The notes below the pieces were generated by a model, which was given only the letters and a program-made list of their open reading frames with translations, did no database searches and was not told the DNA's origin. This document shows positions 10,835-22,638 of a stretch of 64,000 nt of DNA, piece after piece. Source of the DNA: Myxococcota bacterium (GTDB lineage Bacteria; Myxococcota_A; UBA796; UBA2385); contig JBIJDH010000005.1 in assembly GCA_044344255.1 (NCBI GenBank), forward strand, positions 256,001 through 320,000, given 5' to 3'. Every line of letters begins with the position of its first letter. Positions within the stretch are counted from its first letter, which is position 1. The translations under genes and the position numbers were made by a program.

Positions 10835-11755
10835 TTAGAAATAGCCCTCCTTCTTCTTCTTCTCCATGGAGGCAGACTGATCGTGATCGATCACCCGGCC
10901 TTGCCGCTCTGACGTCGTGGTGAGCAGCATCTCTCGGATGATGTCGGGCAGCGTGGCGGCCTCGCTCTCGATCGCGCCGGAGAGAGGGTAGCAGCCGAGC
11001 GTGCGGAAGCGCACGGAGCGCTGCATGGGCACCTCGCCGGGTTGGAGAGGGAAGCGCTCGTCATCGACCATGATCAGCAGCCCGTCCCGCTCCACCACCG
11101 GGCGGGGCGCGGCGAAGTAGAGCGGCACGATCGGGATGTCGTTCAAGTGGATGTACTGCCAGATGTCCAGCTCGGTCCAGTTCGAGATCGGGAAGACCCG
11201 GATGCTCTCGCCCTTGTGTTTGCGCGCGTTGTAGAGGCGCCAGAGCTCCGGCCGCTGGTTCTTCGGATCCCAGCGGTGGTTCGCAGAGCGGAAGCTGAAG
11301 ATGCGCTCCTTGGCGCGGCTCTTCTCCTCGTCTCGGCGGGCGCCCCCGAAGGCGGCGTCGAAGCCGTAGTGGTCCAAGGCCTGCTTGAGCCCCTCTGTCT
11401 TCCACAGATCAGTGTGCAGCGGGCCGTGATCGAAGGGGTTGATGCCCCGCGCCTTGGCCTCCGGGTTCTGGTAGACGAGCAGCTCCATCCCGCTCTCCTT
11501 CGCCATGCGGTCGCGGAGGGCGTACATGTCGCGGAACTTCCACGTGGTGTCGACGTGGAGGAGCGGGAAGGGAGGCTTCGAGGGGAAGAAGGCCTTCCGC
11601 GCGAGGTGCAGCATCACGGCGGAGTCTTTGCCCACCGAGTACAGCATCACGGGGTTCTCCACCTCAGAGACCACCTCGCGGAGGATGTGGATGCTCTCCG
11701 CCTCCAGTCGCTCGAGGTGGGTGAGGCGGGCGGCGGGGAGGGTGGGATCGCTCAT
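10835..11755 (-). CDS. cysD: Sulfate adenylyltransferase subunit 2
   Basis: '[11 protein letters not shown]', 'YSVGKDS', '[15 protein letters not shown]', '[11 protein letters not shown]'. Start at MSDPT after GAGG. Confidence 0.96.
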   Translation of the reverse strand: MSDPTLPAARLTHLERLEAESIHILREVVSEVENPVMLYSVGKDSAVMLHLARKAFFPSKPPFPLLHVDTTWKFRDMYALRDRMAKESGMELLVYQNPEAKARGINPFDHGPLHTDLWKTEGLKQALDHYGFDAAFGGARRDEEKSRAKERIFSFRSANHRWDPKNQRPELWRLYNARKHKGESIRVFPISNWTELDIWQYIHLNDIPIVPLYFAAPRPVVERDGLLIMVDDERFPLQPGEVPMQRSVRFRTLGCYPLSGAIESEAATLPDIIREMLLTTTSERQGRVIDHDQSASMEKKKKEGYF

Positions 11756-11863
11756 CGAGGGGGCCTCACGGGGGAGGAGCGCGCGGCGGGGACGGCCCAG
11801 GCGGTTAACATCGGCGGTTGATGGGCGCCGCCGGGGGAACCCAGCGCCGATCTGGTGGGTCCA

Positions 11864-12424
11864 ATGGGCATGCTCCAGCTGCTGTTCGCCGTCCTCTTCC
11901 CGGTCGCCCAGGCCGAGCCCACGCTGCGGGAGGCCACCCTGGCCGCCGGCCTCCGGTGGCCACCCCCCGATCTCAGCGTCCACATCGACAAGTCCGAGCG
12001 CCAGCTCACCGTCCGGAGCGGGGCCACCGCGGTCAAGCGCTACCCGGTGGCGCTCGGCGATCCGGCCGGCGACAAGCTCGTCCAGGGCGATCGCAAGACC
12101 CCCACCGGCACGCTCTACGTCGTCACCCGTAACGACAAGAGTCAGTTCCACCTCTTCCTCGGCCTCGGCTACCCGAACGGGGAGGACGCCGATCGGGGCC
12201 TCGCCGCCGGCCTCATCAACGCGGCCACCGCCGAGCGGATCCGTCAGGCCGAGCGGGCTCGCCGTCAACCCCCCTGGGAGACCGCCCTCGGCGGCGCGGT
12301 GGGCATTCACGGGGGCGGCACGGGCGGGGACTGGACGCTCGGCTGCGTGGCCCTCGAGGACGCCGCCATCGAGGAGCTCTGGGCCGTCGCCCCGATCGGG
12401 ACGAAGGTGATCATCGAGGAGTAG
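11864..12424 (+). CDS. L,D-transpeptidase (YkuD) family protein
   Basis: 'IDKSERQL', 'GDRKTPTG', 'IHGGG...WTLGCVAL' His/Cys motif; signal peptide. Confidence 0.88.
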   Translation: MGMLQLLFAVLFPVAQAEPTLREATLAAGLRWPPPDLSVHIDKSERQLTVRSGATAVKRYPVALGDPAGDKLVQGDRKTPTGTLYVVTRNDKSQFHLFLGLGYPNGEDADRGLAAGLINAATAERIRQAERARRQPPWETALGGAVGIHGGGTGGDWTLGCVALEDAAIEELWAVAPIGTKVIIEE

Positions 12425-12501
12425 TGATCGAGGAGTAGTGATCATCGAGGAGTCGGGCGGCGGCCGAGCGGCGGGCCGGCGCGCGCTTTAAGCCTCGGCC
12501 C

Positions 12502-14424
12502 ATGTCCACGGCCCCTTCGCCTCCCTCGCCGGCTCCGGCCCCGTCCGTCGCCCCGCCCCGCCCGCCCGCGGCGCGCTCCTCCCGGCTGCGGGAGGCCGGG
12601 CGGGTGCTCGGCCACGCTCGCACGGCGATGGGGATGGTCTACCGGCTCGATCCCCGGCTGCTCCTCACCCTCGTGCTCGGCGGCGTGCTCGACTCGGCGG
12701 GCCTCGTCGCGATCGCCTGGGTGGGCAAGCGCATCATCGACGCCGTCGTCCATCCCGTCCTCCACCCAGTCGTTGACCTCGGTGTGGGGGGAGAGGGCCT
12801 CGCGCTCGCCGCGCCGGCCCTCGGCTGGGTGGCGGCGGAGCTCGGCCTCGTCGCAGGCCGGGCCCTGGTGGGCCAGGCCACCGCCTACGCACAGCTCGTC
12901 CTGCGCAGCAAGCTCGGCACGCACGTCAACCTGCTCATCCTCGACAAGGCGGCCCGTGTCGCCTACGCGCGCTTCGAAGACCCCGCCTTCATGAACTCGA
13001 TGACCCAGGCCCGCCGGGAGGCGAGCGCCCGGCCGCTCGACCTCGTGAGCCAGGTCCTCGCCTTCTCGAAGCACGTATTCACGCTCTTCGGCTTCGGTGC
13101 GCTCCTCTGGTCACTCGGCCCCTGGGCGATCTTCGTGCTGGTGCTCACCGCCTTGCCGCCCTTCTGGGCCGAGGCCCGCTTCGCGAGTGAGTCCTTCACG
13201 ATGCAGCGGGCCCGCACGCTGCGCTCCCGCCGAAGCTTCTACCTCGAGTCCGTGCTCACCACCGAGGCCACGGTCAAGGAGGTGAAGCTCTTTCAGCTCT
13301 CGGGCTGGCTCCGAGATAAGTACAGGGACATCCTCGAGTCCTTCGCCGATGAGGAGGCCGAGCTCGCACGGCGCCGCTCGGCCGCCGCCTTCCTGCTCGG
13401 TATGCTCGCCACGGCCGCCCTGTACGGGACCTATGGCTGGATCGTCTTTCAGGCCGTGTCCGGCGCGCTGACCCTCGGCGCGATGACCCTGTACATGGGC
13501 GTCTTTCGACAGGGGCAGGACACCCTGCGGGCCGCCCTGTCCTCGGTCTCTCGGGCCTGGGAGGACGACCTCTATATGACCAACCTCGACGAGTTCCTCG
13601 CCGTGCCCGAGGAGGAGCCCGACGCCGCCGAGCCCCTGGAGGAGGGCGCCCCCGACGACGCGCCCCCCTCGCTCTCGCTCGAGGACGTGTCTTTTCGTTA
13701 CCCTGGCAGCGCCCACGAGGCCCTGTCCAACATCACCCTGCACGTCGCCCCGGGAGAGACCATCGCCCTCGTCGGGAAGAACGGCGCGGGCAAGACCACC
13801 CTCATCAAGCTGCTGGTCGGCCTCTTCCGCCCCACCTCGGGCACCATTCGGGTGGACGATGTCGATGTCTCCACCTTGTCGATGAGCGCGCTGCGGCGGC
13901 GGGTGGGCGTCATCTTTCAGGACTTCGCCCGCCTGCAGCTCTCGATGCGCGACAACGTGGGCCTCGGCTGGCTGCCCTCCCGCGAAGACGACGTGGCCAT
14001 CCGCGCCGCCATCCAGGACGGCGGCGCCGGCGAGATCGTGAGCCGGCTCCCGAAGGGCCTCGAGACCCCGCTCGGCAAGGCCTTCGGCGGGGACGACCTC
14101 TCCGGCGGCCAGTGGCAGCGGGTGGCCCTGGCCCGCGCCTTCATGCGAAAGAGCCGCATCCTCGTGCTCGACGAGCCCACCGCGGCGATGGACGCCGAGG
14201 GCGAGCACGAGATCTTCCAGCGCTTCCGCGACCTGAAGAAGGACCGCACCGCCATCCTCATCACCCACCGCTTCGGCACCGTCCGAATGGCGGACCGTAT
14301 CGTCGTGATCGACGGCGGGCGCATCGTCGAGGAGGGGAGCCATGAGGCGCTGATGATGTTGGGGGGGCTCTATGCCCGGATGTTCTCACTCCAGGCGGAG
14401 GGGCTCAAGGTGACGGCGGACTGA
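12502..14424 (+). CDS. ABC transporter, fused permease/ATP-binding protein
   Basis: N-terminal TMs, Walker A 'GKNGAGKT', signature 'LSGGQWQR', Walker B 'LVLDEP'. Confidence 0.93.
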   Translation: MSTAPSPPSPAPAPSVAPPRPPAARSSRLREAGRVLGHARTAMGMVYRLDPRLLLTLVLGGVLDSAGLVAIAWVGKRIIDAVVHPVLHPVVDLGVGGEGLALAAPALGWVAAELGLVAGRALVGQATAYAQLVLRSKLGTHVNLLILDKAARVAYARFEDPAFMNSMTQARREASARPLDLVSQVLAFSKHVFTLFGFGALLWSLGPWAIFVLVLTALPPFWAEARFASESFTMQRARTLRSRRSFYLESVLTTEATVKEVKLFQLSGWLRDKYRDILESFADEEAELARRRSAAAFLLGMLATAALYGTYGWIVFQAVSGALTLGAMTLYMGVFRQGQDTLRAALSSVSRAWEDDLYMTNLDEFLAVPEEEPDAAEPLEEGAPDDAPPSLSLEDVSFRYPGSAHEALSNITLHVAPGETIALVGKNGAGKTTLIKLLVGLFRPTSGTIRVDDVDVSTLSMSALRRRVGVIFQDFARLQLSMRDNVGLGWLPSREDDVAIRAAIQDGGAGEIVSRLPKGLETPLGKAFGGDDLSGGQWQRVALARAFMRKSRILVLDEPTAAMDAEGEHEIFQRFRDLKKDRTAILITHRFGTVRMADRIVVIDGGRIVEEGSHEALMMLGGLYARMFSLQAEGLKVTAD

Positions 14425-14434
14425 GCGCCGCTCC

Positions 14435-16345
14435 TCAGCCCTCAATCCAGACCTCGGCGTCATTCGGCGCGAGGCTGTGCGGCGCGGGGTCCGCCCCCTG
14501 TAAGACCTCCTCGCCCGCCGGCGGCACGACCTCAATCGGGCTGTCGCTCAGGTTGAGGAAGACGACGGCCCCGTCGGCCTCCCAGCGGGTGGGCACGGTG
14601 TCGTCACCCTGAGAGAGCTCAAAGACCGGGCTCCCGTCGATGCCGGAGACGAAGTCGAGGGGGGCCTGGGGCTCGAAGGCGACGCCCTGATAGGCGAGGA
14701 GGCGGGCGTCGAGGGCGAGGTTGACGCGCTCCTCCGAGGCGAGGGCGAAGCTGTCGCCGAGGAACCAGACGCCGCCGGCGACGAGGTTCGCGGCGATGGC
14801 CGCCCGGCCGAGGCCGTCGGTGGCAGGCGGGCGGAGGAGGATGGGGTCCGGGTCGTTCCACCACCAGAGGTCATTGACGAAGGACCGGCCGGCGGTGGCC
14901 CGGGCCTGCCAGCGGAGGAAGGCGGGGTCGGGGTCAGGGAGGGCGACGAAGCCGATGTCGGCCCCCGAGCGCCAGCCGTCGGCGAAGCCGAGGGAAGGGA
15001 GCATCGGGGCGCCGCAGGCGAGGATGAACGCCTCGTCGCCCACCGCCTCGCGGAGCAGCGCCGTGGCGCGGTCATAGGCCTGGAGCCCGGTGAGGGGCTC
15101 CTGTCGCAGCCCCTCCATCGCGCCCGCATAGAGGAAGTCAAACTTGAAGTAGGTGAAGCCGGCCTCCTTCATCGCCCGCACCTGCCCCACCATCCAGTCG
15201 GCGGCGTCGGGGTGGGTGACGTCGAGGACGTAGCGGCTGCCGTCGAGGAGGGGCCCGCCCCCCGCTTGCTGCACGAACCAGTCGGGGTGCTCGGTTACGA
15301 CGGCGGCCTCGGGGTCGGCGAGGAGGGGGGCCATCCAGAGGCCGGGGATCATGCCCTCGTCATCGATCGCGGTCGCCATCGCCGCCATCCCCTCCGGGAA
15401 ACGGTCATTCGCGGTCCAGTCCCCCCAGGCCACCTCCCAGCCGTCGTCGATCTGAAAGACATCGAGCTCGAGGTGCTGGCCGGCGCCGTCGAGCTCAGTG
15501 AGCAAGACCGCGCTGGAGATGGCGCCATAATACTGGTACCAGTCATTCCAGCCGACCGGCGGCGAATAATAGGCGAGGCGCGGCTCCCGCCCCTCATTGC
15601 CGACCTTCTGCGCCCACGCGATCAGCGCCGGCCGCACCTCTTCGGGGGCGGCCGGCGCGGAGAGGGTGAGGGGAGAGAGCTCCAGCGAGCCGCCGGCCTC
15701 GATCTCCACCGCCTCTCCGCGGGTGCCCCACACCGCGGCGAGCTCGTCGTCGTCGGCGGCGATGAAGAACTTGAGGTCACCCGGCGAGAGGGCGCCGACG
15801 ACGAGCCCGCCGCCGTCTACATGGCCGACGTAGCCGCCCCACCAGGAGCTGCCCGCCGTCTCGAGGATGGAGGCGAAGCCGTCCTCATCTCCGCCCACCA
15901 CCGGCACGCCCCGGTCATCGCGCGCGAGGTCACCGGGCTCCGTGACGCCGCTCCAGGCCCAGGACTGATAACCCTGTCGCCACAGGCGGACGCCGCCCTC
16001 GCCGTTGGCGGACCAGTCGCCCTCCAGGATCACCCCCTCGAGGGTGCCGCCGTTGTCGCTCGACACGGTGACCGCCACCACCGGCGTGGGGCTGTTGATC
16101 TCGCTCGTGAGCGCGAGCTGGACGGTCAGATCACCCTCTCCGATCGCCCGCGCCTGGAGCGTGACGGTGGCCGCCGCCTCGCCGCCGCTCGGGCGGGGGA
16201 AATTGCAGGACAGGCCGTCCCCTCCCTCCACGGTGCAGCCGGTCGGGGCGAAGACCGCCTTGTCCCGACAGGCGATAGACATCAAACCTATCGACATCAA
16301 ACCTATCGACGTCCAGCAGGCGGGGAGGGTGACGAGCGGGCGCAT
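14435..16345 (-). CDS. Glycoside hydrolase family 36 (alpha-galactosidase-like), probably exported
   Basis: 'PVGWNDWYQYY', 'FQIDDGWE', 'FKFDFL', 'ILACGAP', 'NDPD'. Start uncertain. Confidence 0.8.
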   Translation of the reverse strand: MRPLVTLPACWTSIGLMSIGLMSIACRDKAVFAPTGCTVEGGDGLSCNFPRPSGGEAAATVTLQARAIGEGDLTVQLALTSEINSPTPVVAVTVSSDNGGTLEGVILEGDWSANGEGGVRLWRQGYQSWAWSGVTEPGDLARDDRGVPVVGGDEDGFASILETAGSSWWGGYVGHVDGGGLVVGALSPGDLKFFIAADDDELAAVWGTRGEAVEIEAGGSLELSPLTLSAPAAPEEVRPALIAWAQKVGNEGREPRLAYYSPPVGWNDWYQYYGAISSAVLLTELDGAGQHLELDVFQIDDGWEVAWGDWTANDRFPEGMAAMATAIDDEGMIPGLWMAPLLADPEAAVVTEHPDWFVQQAGGGPLLDGSRYVLDVTHPDAADWMVGQVRAMKEAGFTYFKFDFLYAGAMEGLRQEPLTGLQAYDRATALLREAVGDEAFILACGAPMLPSLGFADGWRSGADIGFVALPDPDPAFLRWQARATAGRSFVNDLWWWNDPDPILLRPPATDGLGRAAIAANLVAGGVWFLGDSFALASEERVNLALDARLLAYQGVAFEPQAPLDFVSGIDGSPVFELSQGDDTVPTRWEADGAVVFLNLSDSPIEVVPPAGEEVLQGADPAPHSLAPNDAEVWIEG

Positions 16346-16346
16346 C

Positions 16347-17543
<1,197 letters not shown>

Positions 17544-17606
17544 GACCGCTCCGGATGAGGAGAGAGGGGATAGGCGCGTTGGCCGGCGGGCGGGGAGGCT
17601 AACCGC

Positions 17607-18776
17607 TCAAGGGCAGCAGGCGGCGAGGGCCGCGCCCAGCAGGTTGGCCTCCGGGTGGCGGAGCAGGGTGAAGGGGCGGGGGTGGAGGGCGCCGAGCCAG
17701 GCGGACACCGCACCGGCGTAGCGCGGGTCGCCCCAGAAGAGGCCCCCCTCGGCGAGGACGCCGACGGGCCCGTCACCGTCGAGGTGGTCAAAGACGGCGG
17801 CGAGCCCGGCGGCGACGAGGCGGGCCGAGCGTGACAGCAGGGCGGCCGCGGCCACCCCACCAGGGCTGTCCGGGTCGGACTCGCGGAGGGTGACGAGCCC
17901 GCCCGCGTCTTCGCAGGGGGGAGCCTCGGGCTCGAGGAGGGCGAGCAGGCGGGGCAGGTAGAGGCCGGAGATGGCCTTCTCGTAACGTTGGGCGCCGGGG
18001 TTCACCGAGCGCGCGTCGACGAGCGCGTCGGCGGCCCCTCGCTCGGGAAGGTCGAAGGCGCCGGACTCGAGGTTCACCGCCCAAGCGCCGGGCCCCTCCG
18101 GCAGCTTCGGGGCCGCGCGGTGGTCGAAGAAGGCGGCCATGTTGGTGCCGGTCCCGACGATGAGCCCCACGGTGTCGCGAGGGCGGCCGGCGTGCAGGGC
18201 GGCCCCGCAGAGGAGCGCCGCCACCGTGTCGTTGAGCACGGTGACCCGCGGCGGCCGGAGCCCCTGTCGCTCCAGGGCCGCCCGCAGCCCCGCCCCGACG
18301 GAGCGGCCGACCACGTCCGGGAGCTCGACCCCCTTGGTCCAGTGGATGAGGGTGGCGTCGCGGTCGGCGGTGACGGCGGTGGGGTAGGAGAAGACGTAGC
18401 CGACGGGCAGGTCGAGGGGGCCGCCGGTCTCTCGGAGCAGGGCGGCGGCGAAGCGGGCCTGGAGGTCAAAGAAGCCGTCGTGATCGAGCCCGTCGAGCTG
18501 CAGGCGCGCGCTCCGGACCTCGCCCACCACCGCGGGCGAGGGGCCGAGGCGCACCCGCGCCGCCCGCAGGTTGGTGCCGCCGAGGTCGAGGACAAGGGCC
18601 TCGCCCTCGAGGCCCACCGGCGGTTCGGGGAGCCACGCGTGGATCGCCTTGATCTCCTGGCCCTCCTGCGCGAGCCCCTCTCCGATGCGGGCGGAGAGGA
18701 GGGCGCGGGTGGCGGCGGTAGCCGGGAGCTCGGCCGCGGGGAGATCGAAGCGGGTCGGGGTCGAGCGCGCTCTCAC
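17607..18776 (-). CDS. Hexokinase family protein (Hexokinase_1/2 type)
   Basis: 'LDLGGTNLR', 'GYVFSYP', 'WTKG', 'LNDTVA', 'GLIVGTGTN', 'NLESG', 'EKAISG.YL'. Confidence 0.88.
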   Translation of the reverse strand: MRARSTPTRFDLPAAELPATAATRALLSARIGEGLAQEGQEIKAIHAWLPEPPVGLEGEALVLDLGGTNLRAARVRLGPSPAVVGEVRSARLQLDGLDHDGFFDLQARFAAALLRETGGPLDLPVGYVFSYPTAVTADRDATLIHWTKGVELPDVVGRSVGAGLRAALERQGLRPPRVTVLNDTVAALLCGAALHAGRPRDTVGLIVGTGTNMAAFFDHRAAPKLPEGPGAWAVNLESGAFDLPERGAADALVDARSVNPGAQRYEKAISGLYLPRLLALLEPEAPPCEDAGGLVTLRESDPDSPGGVAAAALLSRSARLVAAGLAAVFDHLDGDGPVGVLAEGGLFWGDPRYAGAVSAWLGALHPRPFTLLRHPEANLLGAALAACCP

Positions 18777-18823
18777 GGGAGCCTCGGGCGGGGAGTGAGC
18801 GGGGGGCGCGCGGCCGGGCGCCC

Positions 18824-20365
18824 TCAGACGGCGGCGGCGACGAAGTCGGCGGCGCGGTGGGCGAGGCCGTAGATCGTCTCGCTCGGGTTCACGCCGAGGG
18901 AGGTGGGCAGCACCGAGCCATCGACGACGAAGAGGTTGCCGATGTCGTGGTGGCGGTGATCGGGCCGGACGACGCTGCGCTTGGCCTCGGTGCCCATTCG
19001 GCAGCCGCCCATCTGGTGGGCGGTGAAGATGCTGTGCTGATGGGCCCCGTAGGCGCGGGTGTCGAGGAGGGGGAGGTCGGCCTTCGACTTCAGGATCAGC
19101 GGGTCTTTGTGATTGGTGTAGGCGGCCTTGGCGCCGGCGGCCAGCGTGATCTGCGCCAGCACCTCGTGGGAGGCCCGCATCGCCTCGATGAGCGCCGGGC
19201 GGATCGGGTAGTCGATCTTCACCCGCCCGTCGGGGCGGAGGCTCACGGTGCCGCCCTCGTCCCCCTCGACGAGGCCGTCGACGTGCAGCCCGAGCAGGCC
19301 GCCGAGGTGAGGGAGCTTCGGCAGGAATTCGCCGAGGCGCTGCCCGAAGGCCGGGGTGGCGACGGTGGCGATCATCGGGTGCAGCGGGGCCGACTCGAGG
19401 AAGAAGCCCACCTTGTCGGCGCCGCGGTCGATGAACTGGTGCGAGCCTACCGACTGGGGGGCCCCGCGATAGCCGGCCACCTCGTTGTCGTACTCGCCCA
19501 CCACGGCGATGACCGGGTGGAGGAAGGTGCGGCGCCCGACGAGGCCGCCGGAGTCGAGGCCCGAGCGCAGCAGCAGGGCCGGGCTGTTGATCGCGCCGCC
19601 GCAGAGCGCGACGACCTTCGGCCGGATGTGCAGGCTGCGGGGGCCGGCGTGGACGGTGCGCGGGATCATCGACCGCGCCTCGACCGCCGTCACCGCGCTG
19701 CGCTCGAGCACGATCCGCTCGGCCCGTGTGTCACTGTACAGGCGGAGGCCGTCTCTCAGCGCGTCCTGGATACAGGTCACCTGCATGGCCTGCTTGCCAT
19801 CCACAGGGCAGCCCATCGAGCAGTACCCGCTGTCCGCGCAGCCCTTCACGTTGCGGCGCAGGGCCTTGGCCTCCCAGCCGAGGGCGCGGGCGCCGTCGAG
19901 CAGGGCGCGGTTGTTCGGGTTCGCCCGTGCCTCTGGCCACTCGGCGATCGAGAGGCGGGCCTCCATGGCCTCGAAGTGAGGGGCGAGGGCGGCGGCGCTG
20001 AGCTCCCCGAGGCCGTGGTGCTTTGCCCAATGGTCGAGGATCCGCTCGGGGGTGCGAAAGCAGGTGGTCCAATTGACCGTGGTGGAGCCGCCGACGCTGC
20101 GCCCCTGCATGATCGAGATGGCGAGGTCAGCCGTCGCGCGGGCGCCGCCGTCCTGATAGAGCATCGGATAGGCGTCGGCCTCTCGGAGGGTGAAGTCTCT
20201 CCGGGTGTGCCAGCCCCCCTCCTCGATCATCACCACGTCTCTCCCCGCGGCGCAGAGCTCGGCGGCGAGCACGGCCCCGCCGGCGCCGGAGCCGATGATC
20301 AGCACCTCACAGCTGAGCTCCTGGTCAGACTGGAGCTCAGTCCCGCGGGTGAGTTGTCCGCTCAT
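18824..20365 (-). CDS. GMC family oxidoreductase
   Basis: 'IIGSGAGG', 'GGSTTVN', 'AHQMGGCRMG', 'NLFVVDGS..PTSLGVNP'. Confidence 0.9.
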   Translation of the reverse strand: MSGQLTRGTELQSDQELSCEVLIIGSGAGGAVLAAELCAAGRDVVMIEEGGWHTRRDFTLREADAYPMLYQDGGARATADLAISIMQGRSVGGSTTVNWTTCFRTPERILDHWAKHHGLGELSAAALAPHFEAMEARLSIAEWPEARANPNNRALLDGARALGWEAKALRRNVKGCADSGYCSMGCPVDGKQAMQVTCIQDALRDGLRLYSDTRAERIVLERSAVTAVEARSMIPRTVHAGPRSLHIRPKVVALCGGAINSPALLLRSGLDSGGLVGRRTFLHPVIAVVGEYDNEVAGYRGAPQSVGSHQFIDRGADKVGFFLESAPLHPMIATVATPAFGQRLGEFLPKLPHLGGLLGLHVDGLVEGDEGGTVSLRPDGRVKIDYPIRPALIEAMRASHEVLAQITLAAGAKAAYTNHKDPLILKSKADLPLLDTRAYGAHQHSIFTAHQMGGCRMGTEAKRSVVRPDHRHHDIGNLFVVDGSVLPTSLGVNPSETIYGLAHRAADFVAAAV

Positions 20366-20961
20366 GGGCGCACCTCAGGGGCGATGGGGGGCGGGCAGTC
20401 GGCAGGGGGCGGCGTGTCTGTCCAGGGGTCGAGGGCGCAGCGCTGCCCGAAGTCGGGCGGGCCGGGGTAGCCGACCGGGCCCTCGATCGCCCGCATGGTG
20501 CCCCAGGCCCCGCAGAGGAGGCCGCGCAGGGCCCGAAAGGCGACGCGCACCTGCTCGACCGGGCTGTCGCGGAAGCCCAGCAGCGCGAGGTCCGCCGCCT
20601 CGGGGTCAAGCGTCGAGAAGGGGCGGGTCCGCCCGCCGAGGAGCGTGGCCAGCAGCGCGTTCTCGAAGAGGAAGAGCGCCTGCTTGAGCTCGGCCTGGTC
20701 GGCCGGGTGCATGCCGGCGGCGACGGCGTCGACGGCTGTGGCCACCTCCACCCGCAGGTCGGGCATCGGCGGCGCGTGCGGGGTGAGCCCCGAGGCGAGG
20801 GCGAAGAGGATCGCCATCTCGTCGGCCGAGAAGACGAGGCCCTTCGGGAGGGGGACGGCGGGACGCGCGCCCGGGCGGAGGAAGAGCGCGACGCCCCCTC
20901 CTGCGAGCAGGGCCGAGAGTCCGCCGAGGCCGAGGAGGATGGAGCGCCGGGTCGTCGCCAT
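20362..20961 (-). CDS. Tat-signal partner subunit of the GMC oxidoreductase (gluconate 2-dehydrogenase subunit 3-like)
   Basis: 'TRRSILLG' twin-Arg signal, 'GYPGP' motif, 4-bp overlap with the GMC gene. Confidence 0.7.
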   Translation of the reverse strand: MATTRRSILLGLGGLSALLAGGGVALFLRPGARPAVPLPKGLVFSADEMAILFALASGLTPHAPPMPDLRVEVATAVDAVAAGMHPADQAELKQALFLFENALLATLLGGRTRPFSTLDPEAADLALLGFRDSPVEQVRVAFRALRGLLCGAWGTMRAIEGPVGYPGPPDFGQRCALDPWTDTPPPADCPPPIAPEVRP

Positions 20962-20999
20962 GGCGGCAGCTTACCGCGCCGCTGGGGGCCGCGCCGCGC

Positions 21000-22397
21000 T
21001 CAGCGCGTGTCCATCGCGGGGGCGGGATCGGCGGGGTTCACGGGCTGGCCGGCGCGCCACACGGCCACGATCTGCTGCGTGGCGCCGATGTCCTCGAGCG
21101 GATCGCCGCGGATGAGCAGCAGGTCGGCCGCCTTGCCCACCTCGACCGTCCCGTACTCGGTGTCGCCGTAGAGGGCGGCGGCCCGGGAGGTCGCGCCCAG
21201 GAGCACGTCGGCGGCGGGCACCCCCATTCGGTGCAGCCAGGCGAGCTCGGCGTGGATCGAGCTGCCTGCGAGGTCGGCCGGCAGCGGGCTGTCGGAGCCG
21301 GCGAGGATGACCACCCCAGCGGCCTGTGCGCGGGCGACGTTGCCCGGCCAGGCCTCCCGCCAGCGGTTGACCTCGCGACCGAAGTCGCCCACGACAGGGG
21401 CCTCTCCGAAGGCGAGGCCGGCACCCCCCTCCATCGTGGCGATGAGCGAGGCGGGGTGCAGCGCCCGGTCGAGCGCGCTCGGCGCCCAATGGCCCAGGGC
21501 GAGCCGGCCGGTGTTGTCATACGCGGCGCCGGTCCAGACCACCGGCACGCGGGCGGCGGCGATGAGCGCGGCCCCCTCGGCCGACAGCTCGCTCGTGAGC
21601 ACGCCGTGGACGAGGGCGTCGGCCCCGGCGGCGATGGCCATCCGGGCGTCCTCCTCGCGGCCGATGTGCACGAAGGCGCGCCGATCGTGGGCGTGGGCGG
21701 CCTTCACGAGGGCGTCGAGGCGGGCCTCGTCGATGTGGGCGGCGCCGGGCGGCAGCGAGTCGCAGATGATCTTGATGGCGTCCGCACCGTCAGCGATGGC
21801 CTGCAGCACGATGCCTTCGGCGTCCTCGGGGCGCTCGATCACCGGCACGAGGCGGCGGACGGCGCTCGACAAGGGCCAGGGCAGCAGGGCCTCGGCGGCG
21901 GGGATGGGGTGGCCTTCGGGGACGGTGATCGGCGAATTGGTGCGGCGCACGCGGGGCCCGAAGTCCTCGCCGCTCGCCAGCTTGGCGAGGGCGCGGTCCT
22001 GCATCCCGGCGGGGCCGCCCATGTCGAAGACGGTGGTGACCCCGGCGGCGAGCCAGGCCTGGAGCGAGTGCCGCGGGTCGGGTGTGGTGAGGGTGCCGGG
22101 CATCGCGACCGGCGCCGTGAGGTGGACGTGCGCGTCGACGAGGCCGGGGAGGAGCGTCAGGCCCGCCCCCTCGATGACCCGGCCCTCCGGTGGGGATTGC
22201 CCGGTCGGCCCCACAGCCGCGATCTTCCCGTCGCGGAGGGTCACGTCTTGGTGCGCGAGCAGCGCAGGACCGGTGGCGGGGAAGACCGAGACGTCGTGGA
22301 CGGTGACGGTCTCGACGGGGCCGAGGGTGACGAGGTCCGGGGCCTTCTTCCCCCCGCAGGCGAGCGCGGTGAGCAGCAGGTAGGCGGGGGTCATCAT
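21000..22397 (-). CDS. Amidohydrolase family lipoprotein
   Basis: ALAC lipobox, 'PGLVDAHVH', 'AGSD', 'GTVEVGKAADLLL'. Confidence 0.88.
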   Translation of the reverse strand: MMTPAYLLLTALACGGKKAPDLVTLGPVETVTVHDVSVFPATGPALLAHQDVTLRDGKIAAVGPTGQSPPEGRVIEGAGLTLLPGLVDAHVHLTAPVAMPGTLTTPDPRHSLQAWLAAGVTTVFDMGGPAGMQDRALAKLASGEDFGPRVRRTNSPITVPEGHPIPAAEALLPWPLSSAVRRLVPVIERPEDAEGIVLQAIADGADAIKIICDSLPPGAAHIDEARLDALVKAAHAHDRRAFVHIGREEDARMAIAAGADALVHGVLTSELSAEGAALIAAARVPVVWTGAAYDNTGRLALGHWAPSALDRALHPASLIATMEGGAGLAFGEAPVVGDFGREVNRWREAWPGNVARAQAAGVVILAGSDSPLPADLAGSSIHAELAWLHRMGVPAADVLLGATSRAAALYGDTEYGTVEVGKAADLLLIRGDPLEDIGATQQIVAVWRAGQPVNPADPAPAMDTR

Positions 22398-22638
22398 GTC
22401 GCCAGCTCGCAGCCAGAGAGAGGGTGGGTGTCGCGACGAGCGGGGCGCCCGAGCCCCGCGGGGGGCCGCGGGAGTGGGCCATCAGCGCAGGTTAACGGCG
22501 CTCGGTGGTGCCTTCAAGCGGCCACCGACCTGCCGGCGCTGCGCTGGCGCTCGTGTGGGTCCGCTCGACCGCCGGGCCGTCACCTCGCCCCGCTCGGTTA
22601 TGGCGGTCCGGCCCTCGCCCCTCCTGCCTGAGCCCGCC

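Noticed and set aside
11756..12445. N-terminal extension of CysD in the ORF track
   Set aside because: Overlaps the antisense L,D-transpeptidase; CysD-like sequence and RBS begin at 11755.
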